Of a stretch of 64,000 nt of DNA, positions 39,542-52,780 are shown one piece after another (the stretch's first letter is position 1; each line of letters opens with the position of its first letter). A model generated the notes under the pieces. That model made no database searches. It saw only the letters and a list, made by a program, of their open reading frames with translations, and had not been told where the DNA came from. Where the stretch lies: the NCBI GenBank assembly GCA_028023455.1, contig JAQFVV010000006.1, forward strand, positions 11,346,001 to 11,410,000, read 5' to 3'. A program made the position numbers and the translations under genes. Source of the stretch: Epiperipatus broadwayi (Eukaryota > Animalia > Onychophora).

Positions 39542-39670
39542 CTTGAAGAATTTACAGCTTTTTGTTGAGCCTTTAGTGATCTTTCCATAAAGTTCGGACC
39601 CCAAAGTGCAAGAGCACCTGTCACAAAGGCAACACAGGTGAATCCAAATGTCGACCACACAAAACTTTTT
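39542..39670 (-). CDS. spin: Spinster coding exon
   Basis: (I)KSFVWSTFGFTCVAFVTGALALWGPNFMERSLKAQQKAVNSS; AG/GT boundaries; 129 nt, phase 2 to 2. Confidence 0.95.
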
Positions 39671-39879
39671 CTAAAAAATTAAAATTATAATAATGATTTA
39701 ATAAAATAAAAATTACACTTAGAATAATATTATTATTAAAACGGCAGTTATTCAATAATAATCTATTCATTATGAGAACTACAGTAAGCAAACGGTCCAA
39801 AAATGTAATTTAGAGTTTACACATTTAATGTTTATACATCAAAACAAATTTAATACAATGCAATTTATTATATTCTTTA

Positions 39880-40830
39880 GTCAAGCTGACAGCCAATTTA
39901 CTCAGAACTTAACTCGCTGAATTAACAATTTTTATTGTAATGATTTTTAGTTCAGTAGGCTATAAACTCATAAAAAAACTGCTGAAATCAAAATTACCAG
40001 CTTAAGTATGCTTAAATATTATATTTTTAAACATTTTACAATGTTTTTTTTAATATCTGCAGAATTTAAGTTCTGAGGAAGACTGTTTAACAGTTGAAAC
40101 TCTCAGCCTGATTTAAATATAATAAACAGCATTATAGTGTGTATGGAAGTGTTTAAATATTATTACATTTTGAAATATTTTGTATATCAGCAGGGTAAGA
40201 TCTGACAAAGACTGTTCAACTGTTGAGAATCTCAGCTTGAATTAAATATAATAATCGTATTAAGTGAGAAGGGAAGTATTTAAATATTATTATATTTTGT
40301 AATGTTTTTTGCGTCAGTAGACTATATGATCTGAGGAAGACTCTTTAACAGTTGAAGCTCTCAGTTGATTTAAACATTATAAGTAGTATTATATTAAGTG
40401 GGTACAGAAGTGTTTAAATATTATTTAAATCCAAAGCTGTTAATTCATTATGAAAGAGAGCATGGCTGTAATTGTGATCCAAGTATTGTCAAAATTATGT
40501 GTGAAGAAAGAAACTATCACAAACGTAAAGGTGTGGTGAACCAAAAATTCAAATGAGCAAAAAATTAATGTTCTCAGCAGACTAATGATGGGAAAACATT
40601 GAAAATATACTTGGTACAATAAATCTTTCTAAATTTTACATTTAAATTCTATTTTAGTACTTTTTACATTAATAGAAAGGCAGAGCATCAAAATGTAATT
40701 ATTTAATGTTTTATATTTCAGCAGATATAAGTCTGAGGAAGACTGATCAATAGTCGAAACTGTCAGCTTGATTAAAATATATTGTATTAAATGTGTATGG
40801 AAGTGTTTAAATATAAATTACTAATAGATT
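39880..40830 (+). repeat. Tandem array of ~129-bp units, each with a hammerhead-like core, plus an inverted partial unit
   Basis: CTGA cores at 40073, 40202, 40331 and 40733; unit 4 reads AAGT-CTGAGGA-A-GACTG-ATCAA-TAGTC-GAAAC-T-GTC-AGCTT; inverted remnant at about 39880-39925. Confidence 0.8.
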
Positions 40831-41499
40831 TCCCATATACATATACAAAAAAAAAAATAGCAGAAACTAATTAAGAACAATTTATTTCAACAATGTATAC
40901 TGATTTTAATTATTAACGAATATTTTCTTCTAAATTATGTGTGCTGGTGAAGAGGTTAGATAATTTCATGAATGACGGGAAATACAATCAAATAGATATT
41001 TAATCAAATAAGCCTGAATTCTTGCATGAAACTCGGGTGACCATGTTAAAATTTGTTCTAATTTGATCATATCATGAGATGGTACAACTCATTCAATTGT
41101 TAAGTGGTTTATTGTTCAGGATTTCATAAAATGTTTGATCCCTAAGTGAAGCCACTAATCCATGGACCTTGATCTTCATAGTCCACCACTGTACCATGAC
41201 CCTAAAGCATATTAAAAAGTATATAATGCCTGGAACAATTGACGATGAAAAAAAAGAAAATGACTAGCAACGAGATGGATGAACTCCACCAAAAAAATAA
41301 TGAATATATTTTGAGCAGTCTGAAAAATTAAACAATTAATATATAATTCTGAGGAAATGCTATTCATATAATTGTCAACAGTTGATACCAACTTGATAAT
41401 ACTTAGAATAATAAGTAGGGGAAAAAAAATCAAATAACTTTACGAACTATATTCCAAAAAAAAAAAAAGAATAGATAACCAGTACAAAAAAAAGAAACG

Positions 41500-42200
41500 G
41501 TTTTATTAAAATTATCCAGATATTCATCTAGACAATCACTAACTAGCATAAGTTAAACAATATCAAAAGGTACAGATGAAAGATCTATATATATAAAATC
41601 TTCACACAATTGGATCCAAAAAAAATATTAAATCGTAAGATGGAGAAATATTAGATAGTGCTCATGTTTTCAGCATAAGAAACCAGTTTTCGGTTGTATA
41701 TGGAAGCAAAATATAATGCATTCCAGCGATGGATAGTAATGACCAGAGGTAAAATTGACACAATGATGAAAGTCAGAATATCATTTGAACAATATGGATA
41801 TGTTTAAGAAGTTCTTGTTAAATATCTAAATTTTCTTCATAAAAGTTAAAACTTGGAAATTTAATTTGTCAAACGGCTAAGTCCTTCTTTTAATTACATG
41901 TATAACGCATCCAGATGGTTTTTTTTTTTTTTTTTGGTTTTGAACTTATTTACATCCGTTCCTCTATTTTTCTTTGGGAGCTTGAATGGCATATTCTTTA
42001 ATGAATACTTGATAAAGAGATGGATGAAGCCCAAATTTTCAAATACATTTGTGGACATTCCCCCCCCCCCCTATTAATAATAAAACTCATTTTAAACACC
42101 GATGATGAAATATTTGCATCTAGAATTATCTGAACATATAATAACACTTAAAAACCAAAGATTTAAAAAAATGCAATTTTTTAATTGAACTAAGCTTAAA
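41500..42200 (+). mobile_element. Highly decayed LINE RT fragment
   Basis: Remnants resembling the QxGFR and xADD RT motifs. Confidence 0.35.
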
Positions 42201-42414
42201 TGTTCTGTTACTCCTCATTAAGAAATCAACAGTGAGATAAAACAGCTGACACTTCTTAAAGGATTTCTGAACAAAGAGTGAACAACAAATGATAGAAAAG
42301 AATTAATATCGTATTAAATATATATTTCTTGCTAATTACAAAAAAAAAAATTCAAATCAGATGTCACATGACCTAATGTTAATAAGCTTGCATTTACAAA
42401 CGTTATATATAGAG

Positions 42415-42450
42415 ATCAGACCGGTTTCTGCTACTGGGGTCCTCAGTGAG
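42415..42450 (-). ncRNA. Minimal hammerhead-like motif (ACCGGT type)
   Basis: CTCA-CTGAGGA-CCCCAGTAGCA-GAAAC-CG-GTC-TGAT; core and stem III palindrome intact, stem II damaged. Confidence 0.55.
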
Positions 42451-42539
42451 GTGCTAGGATGTTCAACCATTAGATTAAAAATACCAGGATAAGCCCAGCA
42501 CTTTATCTAATGTATAACCATTAAGTAGAAAATCTGAAA

Positions 42540-42893
42540 TTTTCAGACATCCATATGTCTTCCAATCCAGCTATCTAACTTAAATAGCCATATGGGACTG
42601 AACTATGTCCAGATACACCATATATTAATAGCTTTAGCAATATAAAATCGCCAAAGCCAACATAGCAAAAAATAAAATTACAAAAAAAAAAAATCAAGTC
42701 AGATGTCACATTTGTAAATACAAGCTTATTAAAATTATCATGTGACATCTGACTTCTTTTTTTTTAATTTTATTTTTTGCTATGATGGCTTTGGCGATTT
42801 TATATTGCTAAAGCTATTAATAATATGGTGTATCTGAACTTAATTCAGTCCCATATAGATAGCTGGATTGGAAGACATATGGATGTCTGAAAA
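42540..42893. repeat. Foldback element with ~160-bp near-perfect inverted arms
   Basis: TTTCAGACATCCATATGTCTTCCAATCCAGCTATCTA...AAGTCAGATGTCACAT is mirrored by ATGTGACATCTGACTT...TAGATAGCTGGATTGGAAGACATATGGATGTCTGAAA. Confidence 0.9.
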
Positions 42894-43189
42894 AAAAAAT
42901 TTCTAATGAACTTTTGTCATTCATTCTTTGATCAGAAATCTTCTACGAAATGAGAAACGTTCTACATATATATCATTCTATTAAATGCTATATGTAGTGT
43001 GGTATGATCATAGAGAAATGGAGTCAGAAGCTTAAGATCCACAAATCATTTACAAGTCTGTCACTTCTAGCAATCAAATTTCTAATACACTCATGAGTAA
43101 AAAAGGGATTCGATCATTACTTTTTCCGTATTATATATATTTCATGGAACAGATATCAAAATATCGTACTAAAACTTTATAAATAACAT

Positions 43190-43680
43190 TCCCAACAAAT
43201 CATTTAAATAAGCCTGTAAATAAAGCCCATCTTTTATTATAGTAATGGCAATCTATTTTGTCAGATAAAGGATATTTTATCAGCACCGATATAACGAAAG
43301 ATGGCATTATTCACAGATTTGTGTAAATGATTCTTTGGGAATCTTGGTTGTAAATTTATCTTAATAATGTATTCGAACTTGTTTGTTTTGTGAAATAGGT
43401 TTATGTTCTTAGCGTTACCTATATGAGCTCATTAAAATAATATCGTATTACATATAATATAAACTTACGAGTTAATATTATTCTGATCAAAGACAATACT
43501 TTATCCAACTTCGCAGCCTGGCATTGATTATAACAAACGATGGACATTACTTACAGATTTATTTAAATGATTCTTTCAAAATCTTGCTTCTAAATTGTCT
43601 TAGTAATGTATTCGAATTTGTTTGTTTCATGAAATAGGTTTATGTCCGTAGTGTTACATATTTGAGATCATTAAACTAAT
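43190..43680. repeat. Inverted and tandem copies of the AT-rich family seen at 8480-9170
   Basis: AATCATTTAAATAAGCCTGTAAATAA forward; TTTGTTTCATGAAATAGGTTTATGT..TAG twice in reverse orientation. Confidence 0.55.
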
Positions 43681-44232
43681 TAATATTTTATCATATTAAA
43701 TATAATAAATTAATAAAACATTTTTAATGTTCGCATCCGAAAAAGTTTTATTATTTTCTTCATACGAATTAGTTTCTTTTCCTTAGACATAGCTTTTTCA
43801 TATGAAGTAAATAATAAAACCTTTTTGATTGCGGATATTAAAAATGTTTTGTTAACTTATTACAAATACAAACGAAAAAGAAAAAAATAATATTACATAT
43901 TAAATGTAATAGACTCATGAATTAATATTCTGATTTTTTTTTTACACTAACTGAATTTCATTTATTATTTTATTTTATTCTTTTATTTAATTATGACATA
44001 AATTTATCTACAATGAAAAATAGATTTATACAAATCACTTTTATGAAGAGAAGATTAGTATAATAAGAAAAGCAATATAACTCAATCGGCTGACTTTTCT
44101 GACAGATATCTTGACTTCATTGAGAGAAAAAATATTGCTGATTAACCTCAAAAACATAGCCATTATAAATATGCACCTTCAGATATAGAAAATTGTTAAT
44201 ATAATACATAAATATTTTTAACAAATTCTTAC

Positions 44233-44375
44233 ATTCGAATCAAATGCCGAATATCTTTCAACCAACTTGTGTGAGTCAATTGCACTTCTGAACCCGCTTC
44301 TGCTTCTCCACGTTTAGGTTCTTTTATCAGAAGCCATATTAACAAAAGACAAAGAACACCTAGACCTGGAGTAAT
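44233..44375 (-). CDS. spin: Spinster coding exon
   Basis: ITPGLGVLCLLLIWLLIKEPKRGEAEAGSEVQLTHTSWLKDIRHLIR; TTTTAG acceptor, GTAAGA donor; 143 nt, phase 0 to 2. Confidence 0.95.
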
Positions 44376-44582
44376 CTAAAATATATAAAAAAAGATTCTT
44401 ACAAATCAAAAAATTGTGCACATGAACAATAATGATTATTTATAAATATATACAAGCACATACACTCAAGTGATTAAAACACAGAATATATTTTCGAATA
44501 CAAATGAGACTATTAATATAAGTTATAGAAATATTACTTTTACGCACTTTATACATCGCTTTATAAATCCCATTTGTAAAAT

Positions 44583-44621
44583 AGCTGAGAGTTTTGACTA
44601 TTAACAGACTTCTTCAGAGCT
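44583..44621 (-). ncRNA. Decayed F3 hammerhead-like motif
   Basis: AGCT-CTGAAGA-AGTCTG-TTAA-TAGTC-AAAAC-T-CTC-AGCT; stem I intact, GAAA and GTC mutated. Confidence 0.45.
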
Positions 44622-45579
44622 CCCAATTTTTAAAAAAAATCAGATTCAGCATTTTTCTTTTAGATATTCAGTCCACAACCAATCCCAGTGAACCATCTAA
44701 TATTGGTTGGTAAAAGGGTACCTAAAGCACTTAAAATCTCACTTTCCAGCAAATGGGGCATAATAACTTCTCCAATGTTCCCTTGAAAACTCTGTTTGAA
44801 AGCCTTTTCCCTGCCGAGGTTATTTTATTTTTAAATATATATACATATTACATAAACATATATTTAAATATACAAGCATATATGCAAATTTATATAGACA
44901 CAATCATATTTACACACACCTATATATGCAATGCACGTAAAATATTTATATAAATCAACAAAATATAATGCCAGCTAAATTAAATTTGATTAAACATTTT
45001 ATTTTATATCATCATCCAACTACTTTAAATGGATGAAAATGAAGGAGTCCATCTGTTCCTTGAGTGCTTATTTTGCGAGATTCAACATCAGAGATGTTGG
45101 ACCATCCTGATTCAACTCGATCTTAGACAGGATGTAAGATCATAATATTTTATTAAATTTAAAATAGATGCTGTTAGATTTCATCGCTCTTAAAATTGTT
45201 ACATATTAATGCCGCTTAATTACACTATTATGTATACATATATATTCACATAAACCCATTCAGGATATAATCCAGTTTGAAAACATTGCGGAGATAATTC
45301 ACAAGCCAGATCTCCAAAGAATCGTTTAAATGAACTTATAAACAAATACTAATGTCAATCCACTGTCATAATGTTATGTAACAAACTGACGATCAGATAA
45401 AAGCGGTAGATCATTTTTTATCTGACAAATAGATTAACTTTGACGCAAGAAAATATGGGGTTATTTACAAGGTCATTTATACGATTGTTCCGTGAAAAGG
45501 TTTATATTATCAGCGTCACATATGTGAGAATGTGTAAATGTATTTACAGGCTTGTTAAAATCTTTAATATTCTTATATA

Positions 45580-46350
45580 CATTTACACACATGTGTATAA
45601 TGTATAAAAATTGGATAATAATAGTAATATTTAGCCAAGCACATTCGGTGACTGGGTATTAGATTCATGGTGGATTAACTTAACCGATTAATATTCCAGA
45701 ACATGCTCAGTGGAACGCTAGTATTTTCTTTGATTGATAATGTTATTAGACTTAAACCAGGCCTCTTTTATCTTCCTCTTTAAGCTCATTGCAGATAGCA
45801 TTAATTATTTGAGAATAAAATTCGTGTCCAGCATTTTTCTTGTGATTGAAAAAAAACAGAATTAACAATTCAAAAGATAGCGTAGAACAAGATAATAAAT
45901 AAGAAATCGTATATTCGATTATTTCTAAGGACCAGATTGTAATATCACTTATTACGGTGAGATGAAGGTTAGTATGGCAACATGTTTGTGACAATACCCG
46001 TACCAATATAAAAAATCTAAAGTGGACTCTCAAGTTAATTCTGTTTTCTTCGATCATGAGAAAAATATTGGACATGAATTTTATCCTTGAATAATTAATG
46101 CTGTCTGCAATAAGCCTAATGATAAGAAGTGGAAGATAAAGAAACCTGGTTTATTTCCAAGTCTAATGACATTATCAATCAAAGAAATACTAGCATCCCA
46201 CTGAGAATAGATTGGAATATTAACGAGTCAATTTAGTTAGTTCACCATGAATCTGGTACACGGTACCGAAAGCACGTTTGGCTAAATATTACTATTATTA
46301 TCCAATTTTTCTTCTCCGTATGACACGCAGATATACATGTGTGTATAATT
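45580..46350. repeat. Foldback element, ~230-bp diverged inverted arms around a ~270-bp core
   Basis: AAAAATTGGATAATAATAGTAATATTTAGCCAA...GATTGATAATGTTATTAGACTT is mirrored by AAGTCTAATGACATTATCAATC...TTGGCTAAATATTACTATTATTATCCAATTTTT. Confidence 0.8.
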
Positions 46351-48759
46351 TACATTGTAGATAGAGATATTGATTTATATATGTATACAAAAAGAGAGAA
46401 AGCACATATAAATATACAGATCTGTAGTGATAGACAAGCAGTCAAATACTCACAGCAGTTACTGTTTGGAGGAGAAGGAGCAAATTTATATCAATGATTT
46501 TGATTTGATATGAAATTCATTTTATCAATGTGAAGACAAAATCCTCATATTGTTTGTATTTAAGACTCAATCAGTTACTGCCTCTTTGGTGATGGAGGGT
46601 AAGAGGAGCATCAAATGTTAAGCTTCCCCAGGGTGCCAAAAAACCTCACTATGACTCTGCATATAAATATATATATATATGCACACAGAGAAAGGAATTA
46701 TATATGTATATGCATCTTAAGGAAAGGCAGTGGTGAGATAAGCAATAATAAGCTATCAATAATCTTATATATAAAATCCATACTTTCTCTGTTGTCTGAT
46801 TGATGAATGTACGTTTGTCTGATATCACATGTCAAATTCACAACCACTACGTTTAAGAGAAGGAAATAATTCTGCTATTAAATAAAAAATTCTGGGAAAA
46901 AAAATCAATATGAGTGCTTTTAACTATAGAGATATAGTATATATTTCATGGTTCCCAGAAAAGCCTCAAATGCTGATTTATAATTCAGCATAAAGTTGTT
47001 CCATGCTTTCATGGCCTGTCAATCTCCTAATATAGTTTCAGATGAACGATATATTTAGCAATATTTAATTTAAAATGTAACAAACTTTTATAAATTAGTA
47101 ATGTTTAATAAAAAAACGTACTTGTATTAAATCTTAAATAAAAATTGTTAAAGCAATCAGTTAAAAAAAAAAAACCATTACAAATATATTTAATAAAAAA
47201 ATATTACAAAAATGACCGGTATATTTGTATTCTGATATTAATAAATGGTAACTATTAATAATGCTAAAAAAATGATTACGACTATTGAAAAAAAAAAATT
47301 TTTTTTATTCAGAGGGCGCTCAAGTAAATATACATTTGCGCTTTCAAATATAACAGGTATATTTAAAAATATAAATTTTAATGTAGTTTTATTAAAATTC
47401 AGAAACTTATTTATATAATATTAAAATGCTTTGTTTAATTCACATTAAATCTTAAAATTTTTTTTCCAAACAACGGAATTATTACAAAAACGGCAGATTG
47501 AAAGCCTGAAGTTTTTGTATTTCTGCCATAACAATGGTCTTTCAGACCCATGTATAGTTCTCACATTTAATAGCTTTTGTTCAATTTACATTAAGTCTTT
47601 TAAAAATTTTGTTAAAGCAATCAATTAAAAAAAACATGCGTCTTTACAAGACCAGAAGCATCTAGAATTTAAATATTATTGCTTGATCACACCACATCGC
47701 CTAGTTTCAATGTCAAAAAACATACAGGTGCACCTATATAATAAATAAATTGAACCCAGTTAAAATTTAGATCTGTTATTGAAATATATAAATAAAACTC
47801 ATTTCCTATATATAGTATAACCAGAAGAGATTGGTCGATATAAAAATTTTCTCATTTCCTCTAATACCATATGACCAGAAGAGATTGGTCAATTTTTTCA
47901 TCAACCATTGGCACTTGAAAGATTGTGGAAAACTTCTATAGAGGATAAGCTAAAAATTAACATTAGTAATATTATTATATACGTAAAGTGGTGTTTAGCT
48001 AATTATTTACATATATATATATTCAGATAAAATAATATACAATAAAGAAACACTGGAATAAACTCTTTAAATTTCAAAATGCCAATACATAATATACATG
48101 ATAGCTATAGCTTTACTGCATCATTGCCATCCTCAATAGTATTTTATAGTTAAAATTTAAAAATTAAATAAATAAAAAAAATCAAAATCTCATTAAGTCA
48201 CACAACATGAACATTCCCATGTGAATAACAATTTTCCACAATTTATGCGTATTAACACAATTATGGAAAGTTGGCCGTTCATGTGGTAACAATATTTTAT
48301 GACTTTAATGAGATTTTTAATTTTATTTTTAGGCATTAATTGTAAAATGCTACTCAGAATGGTAATCATGCCATAAGTTGGCAAAAGTGATTACTTATTT
48401 TATAAACTAATAATTTCAATATTGTAGTTTATTTCAGTATTTTTTAACATACATATACACACACACACATTTAGTATACTCTATTGAAAATTTGTAAGCT
48501 TTGACACCATTATCCACTATCCAATGTATTTCAACTAACAGTATCCTCATTGTTTGTATTAGAGATTTAAATATCTGCTGACCATGCGCAAACAGAGGCC
48601 TCCGCTTTGTATACGATTGTCCCAGAGTGAACAGTTTATTTTTCTAAATGTGAATACTTTAACATATAAATGAACATATTACGTTTGTATTATTAATGTA
48701 GCATTAAAATCACATGATGCAAGATGAAAATAATTATAATCCCATTTTCAATCTGGCAG

Positions 48760-49030
48760 ACCCTATCTAGTTGAAACAAGTGTATAGAAAGAATTAGCCC
48801 AATATTTTAGTTTGGAGAATACAATATTTATATGGACAATTGAAATCTTAAAATGAATTCCAAGAGAATGTAAAAGACCCAGAAAGAGACCACATGTGAG
48901 ATGGATGGATGAATGAAATAAGAAAGTGTGCAGGGGTGATGTGGAGAAGAAAAGTTAAAGTTCGGAGAAGATGGATTAAACTTGGAGAGACCATCCTGCA
49001 GTGGATTGACAATGGTTGATGATGATGACT
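48760..49030 (+). mobile_element. RTE LINE 3' fragment
   Basis: IPRECKRPRKRPHVRWMD..IRKCAGVMWRRKV..RRRWIKLGETILQWID, then (GAT)n. Confidence 0.85.
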
Positions 49031-49394
49031 AAGTGCAAATATTATATATATATATATACAATAGAATCAAAATAAGATAAACACTTTTCAATTAATTTAA
49101 ATTTAAATTTTAAGATTTTATAAATGTATTCCATGTATCAATTATACTCAATAACCTGATTTACTATTTTCATATGCTCCTTCAAAACAGCAACCAAATT
49201 ATGCGAGTAACAGAATCGGTTCAGTTGGCAAATTCAATGTGTGAAAAATAATTTGACGCATGAGCAATTTTTGAAATTAGCAAATACATCAATTTCAAAT
49301 TTTTTAGTTCTCGTAAATGAATGATTTGAATGTTAATTTAATTCAAATATTTATAAAGTTTTTACAAATGAATTGGACAAATATGGACTTTGAA

Positions 49395-49630
49395 TAAATA
49401 TACATAATGCTAGAAGAGATGATAATAGATGGACAGTTGAAATCTTAAGTGGGATTTCAAGAGATTGCAAGAGACCTAGAAAAAGTGCAAATGTAAGATG
49501 GATGGATGAAATAAGGTGGGTGTACTAGGCTGATGTGGAGAAGAGAGGCTAAAGATTGGAGAAGATGGATTGAACTTGGAGAGGTCTTCATTCTCCAGTG
49601 GATCAGTATTGGTTGGAAATGATCACGATG
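49395..49630 (+). mobile_element. RTE LINE 3' fragment
   Basis: ARRDDNRWTVEILSGISRDCKRPRK...GEVFILQWISIG. Confidence 0.85.
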
Positions 49631-50261
49631 ATATATTACAATAGATAAAATTGCCAATATAATAGAGCAAGAGTTTAATTTGATTAATCCTTTGAACAAT
49701 GATGTCAATCAATCAATAATTATGACATTATACATCAGTAAGATCTATCAATTATTTTTCTGAATATCAAATAAAATCATAACTATTATAACCAAGAGAG
49801 AAAAAATTGAAATCTCAATACATTTCTTATTCCTATCGGTTAAGAGAAAAATTACTGTCTTTAGCTAACTCTAATTTGATAATAGTAATTCCACTTCAAA
49901 GCAAAACTCCTGAACCAGATATTTACATAAGCACAATTATTCAATAAATATCAGACAAAAGAACAAAATAAAGCACCAGATTAGTTTTTGGTTGTTGGCC
50001 CCCCATCAAATACGAATCACTGCTTTACATCCGGCAGCCATCTTTTACTCCTATTATACCAATCGAGCTAGTAGCTTAAAATTTTGAAACATCCCAAGAT
50101 TTTAAATCAAAACACTCTTGTCTTAAATAGATAAAAACAAAGATCTGATATTAATCAGTAATTATATATTTTAGTGATCTAAATTATAAACTAATTATAG
50201 ATAATTAAGATCACTAATATATATATATGTTAAATCTGTGGCTAAATAGACAAGTGTGTAT

Positions 50262-50412
50262 TGTATTAATAATTTTTATTGGTCATTCATTAGACAAGAG
50301 ATTATCCACTTAATGAATAATATTTCTGTATTGTAATTACACTACAAAAATATTATTCATTAAATGGATAATATCTAGTCTAATGAATGACTAATAAAAA
50401 ATATTAATATAC
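50262..50412. repeat. Small foldback / MITE (~150 bp)
   Basis: TTTTTATTGGTCATTCATTAGAC..ATTATCCACTTAATGAATAATATTT is mirrored by AATATTATTCATTAAATGGATAAT..GTCTAATGAATGACTAATAAAAA. Confidence 0.8.
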
Positions 50413-50529
50413 TTTTATTAAGTGGTTTGTGTCAAAGTTGTTAGGACAGTAAGTTTGACACTTATTAATTAAACTATAATAATTTACTATCTATATATAT
50501 TGAACAATGATAAAGATAAGTGTAAAAGA

Positions 50530-50600
50530 TTGTGATATGAGTTAAATGATGAGTGCTGGTTCAGCATGAAACGTGCATCTTGGTGACCAAACATCTTTTC
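50530..50600 (+). mobile_element. Family F1 remnant with decayed hammerhead at 50541-50584
   Basis: ATGATGA-GTGCTG-GTT-CAGCAT-GAAA-CGTGCA-TC-TTGGT. Confidence 0.65.
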
Positions 50601-51279
50601 CACATCTTGCTAAATATGTTTATGATTACACCCCTCCATGAGGCATTAAAAGTGATAGAAGCCAGTCCCTCCCTTGCTTGCGTGAAAGTGGTGTAGTAAA
50701 AATTACACTACAGAAATATTACTCCTTAGTGTACATTGTAGTTACGTCATGTCCAAAATCACATCAAACAATAAAGCCAGCTGGTTTTGATTTTCGTAGA
50801 TGCAAAGGAAGTTTCATCAAAAGATTCATGACATAAATCGAATTTATTAGCCACTGGTCTATGTAAATATGGGCAAACACAAATTATGGACCATATAGTT
50901 AATGACTGCCAAATCTACGGCTATAGTTAGTAGAATGGAAAGTTTTAATAAAGCCACTAATGATACTATCTCCTGGTTGAAATTCCTTCAAATTCCTTTA
51001 CGATATACCATTAGTAGTTACTTAAGCTGTCAAAAAGTCTATACAGTACATGTATAAATAGGCGATAGCTACTGTTGATTTATATTATAGTGACAAAACC
51101 TTTATCTTTAGTTAGTCTTTCTTCTATCTCATTTTTCAAACATCCTTTTAGTTTGCTGTAATATTTTATTCCAAATTTTGTATTTAAAGCAGATACTCAT
51201 TTCATTTGTAATTATGTTTACGAGAATAATAATTTTCTTTCAGATTTCACTAATGATGTACACGTATAAAAAGCTGAAA

Positions 51280-52780
51280 TCAATCACCTCATTATCAACT
51301 GCCAAAAACCGACCCAGATCTTTCTTCAAAGTATTTCCACTATATGCTGTTTTTCAAAAAGGTCATTTCTCTACAGTGCCATCTATTGTAAGCTTGAGTA
51401 AGCAGAAGTTACCAAATGTTGCACAATTTGAATACCAATCGCAAAATGTTTACTGGATTTTGCCTTTATCACCAATTTCTCTCTTCTGTTCCTTATGAAA
51501 GTGTTCATCATAATCCCTTTACTAATCAAGTTCCTTCTTCCCATTATCTTCAATAAATGACTCTTTTTATTTCCTCTTTTCAACAATTCTACAATCATAA
51601 CCATGTGCTGCCACTTTTTTTTTTTTACTTATCTTTTTAAACATTTTTACATTTTTAACCTTGCCCTTCCAACATACTTTGCCCAGTCTCTTCCACACCA
51701 ACAGCTTTTGAACTAATCTTTTCTCCTATCTTCATCTTACTTTCCATGACTCTGTTCCATATCCCTATTCTTAAACAAAACATTTTCCAAGCTTCTCTCT
51801 GAATTCTACCTCTAAAGAACTGTATGATAATTATCTGCTCTGAACAAAATCTGTTTAATCATTTCATTTCTCATTTCCGGTGATCAGTCAAACAGTTTCT
51901 CAAACATTTAAAATCACTAAGTTATTCTATACCTTCTTAATAAAATAGCACTTCTAGCTATTTCCATCACCTTAACCTTAAATGTATTTATTGTCATACC
52001 AAATTTGTTAGAAACTCTATTTATCCTGTATTCTTAAAACTATTCTTAAATAAATACATATTAAAATCTATTGATTTCTCAAATGCAAATTCTCTTGTGA
52101 TTCTTATTCTAGGATTTAATTATTAACAAATGATGTATTCTACTAAGACCAATAAACCTTTCATCTCTTTCTCTTCTTAACTTTAACCATAACCTTCTAC
52201 AATTTTTGTAATTTTATTCTTTGTATCACTGCATTCCAAACTTACATTTGTCATCAACATTTTCACCCATTATCAAGGATAAAGGTATCTCCAATATTAA
52301 TTCTAGTTTCTCTGATTTCCAGTCTCTCTTTTCCACATTTGATCTTTTTCTAAGCCTTTTACAATACCTTGGGATCCAATTTAAAATCTTAACTATTCAG
52401 CTATCATCATCTCGTCTACAAAATATTTCTGGCTTAGCTCCACTTCAGTCTCTTAAGTCTTTCAATGACATCACTAATACTTGATTGTTCTTCTATCCAT
52501 GTAATTGTTTTCAATCTGTTCTTGTTACTAACGTAATACTTTGTTGAGTGGAGCATATAAACTGCTTTTCTTCTAAGTAAAAGCCATCTATTAAAAAACT
52601 TCCTTTTCAAATACATAGACATATTTCCTTTTCATATTAAGTTATTTCTACCAAAAGCCTCTACCCAAACTTAACTCTACAATTAATTTCACCCATTGTT
52701 TTCCAACTCTGTCCAATGTATGTGTAATTGTTAACATCTTTTAATTCATTATCACCATTTTTTATGTTATTCTTACATTA
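51280..52780 (-). mobile_element. Decayed LINE RT and RTE-type 3' region
   Basis: FEKSID (DxEKAFD-like) remnant, DVIERLKRLKWS*ARNIL*TR and WIPRYCKR remnants. Confidence 0.75.
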
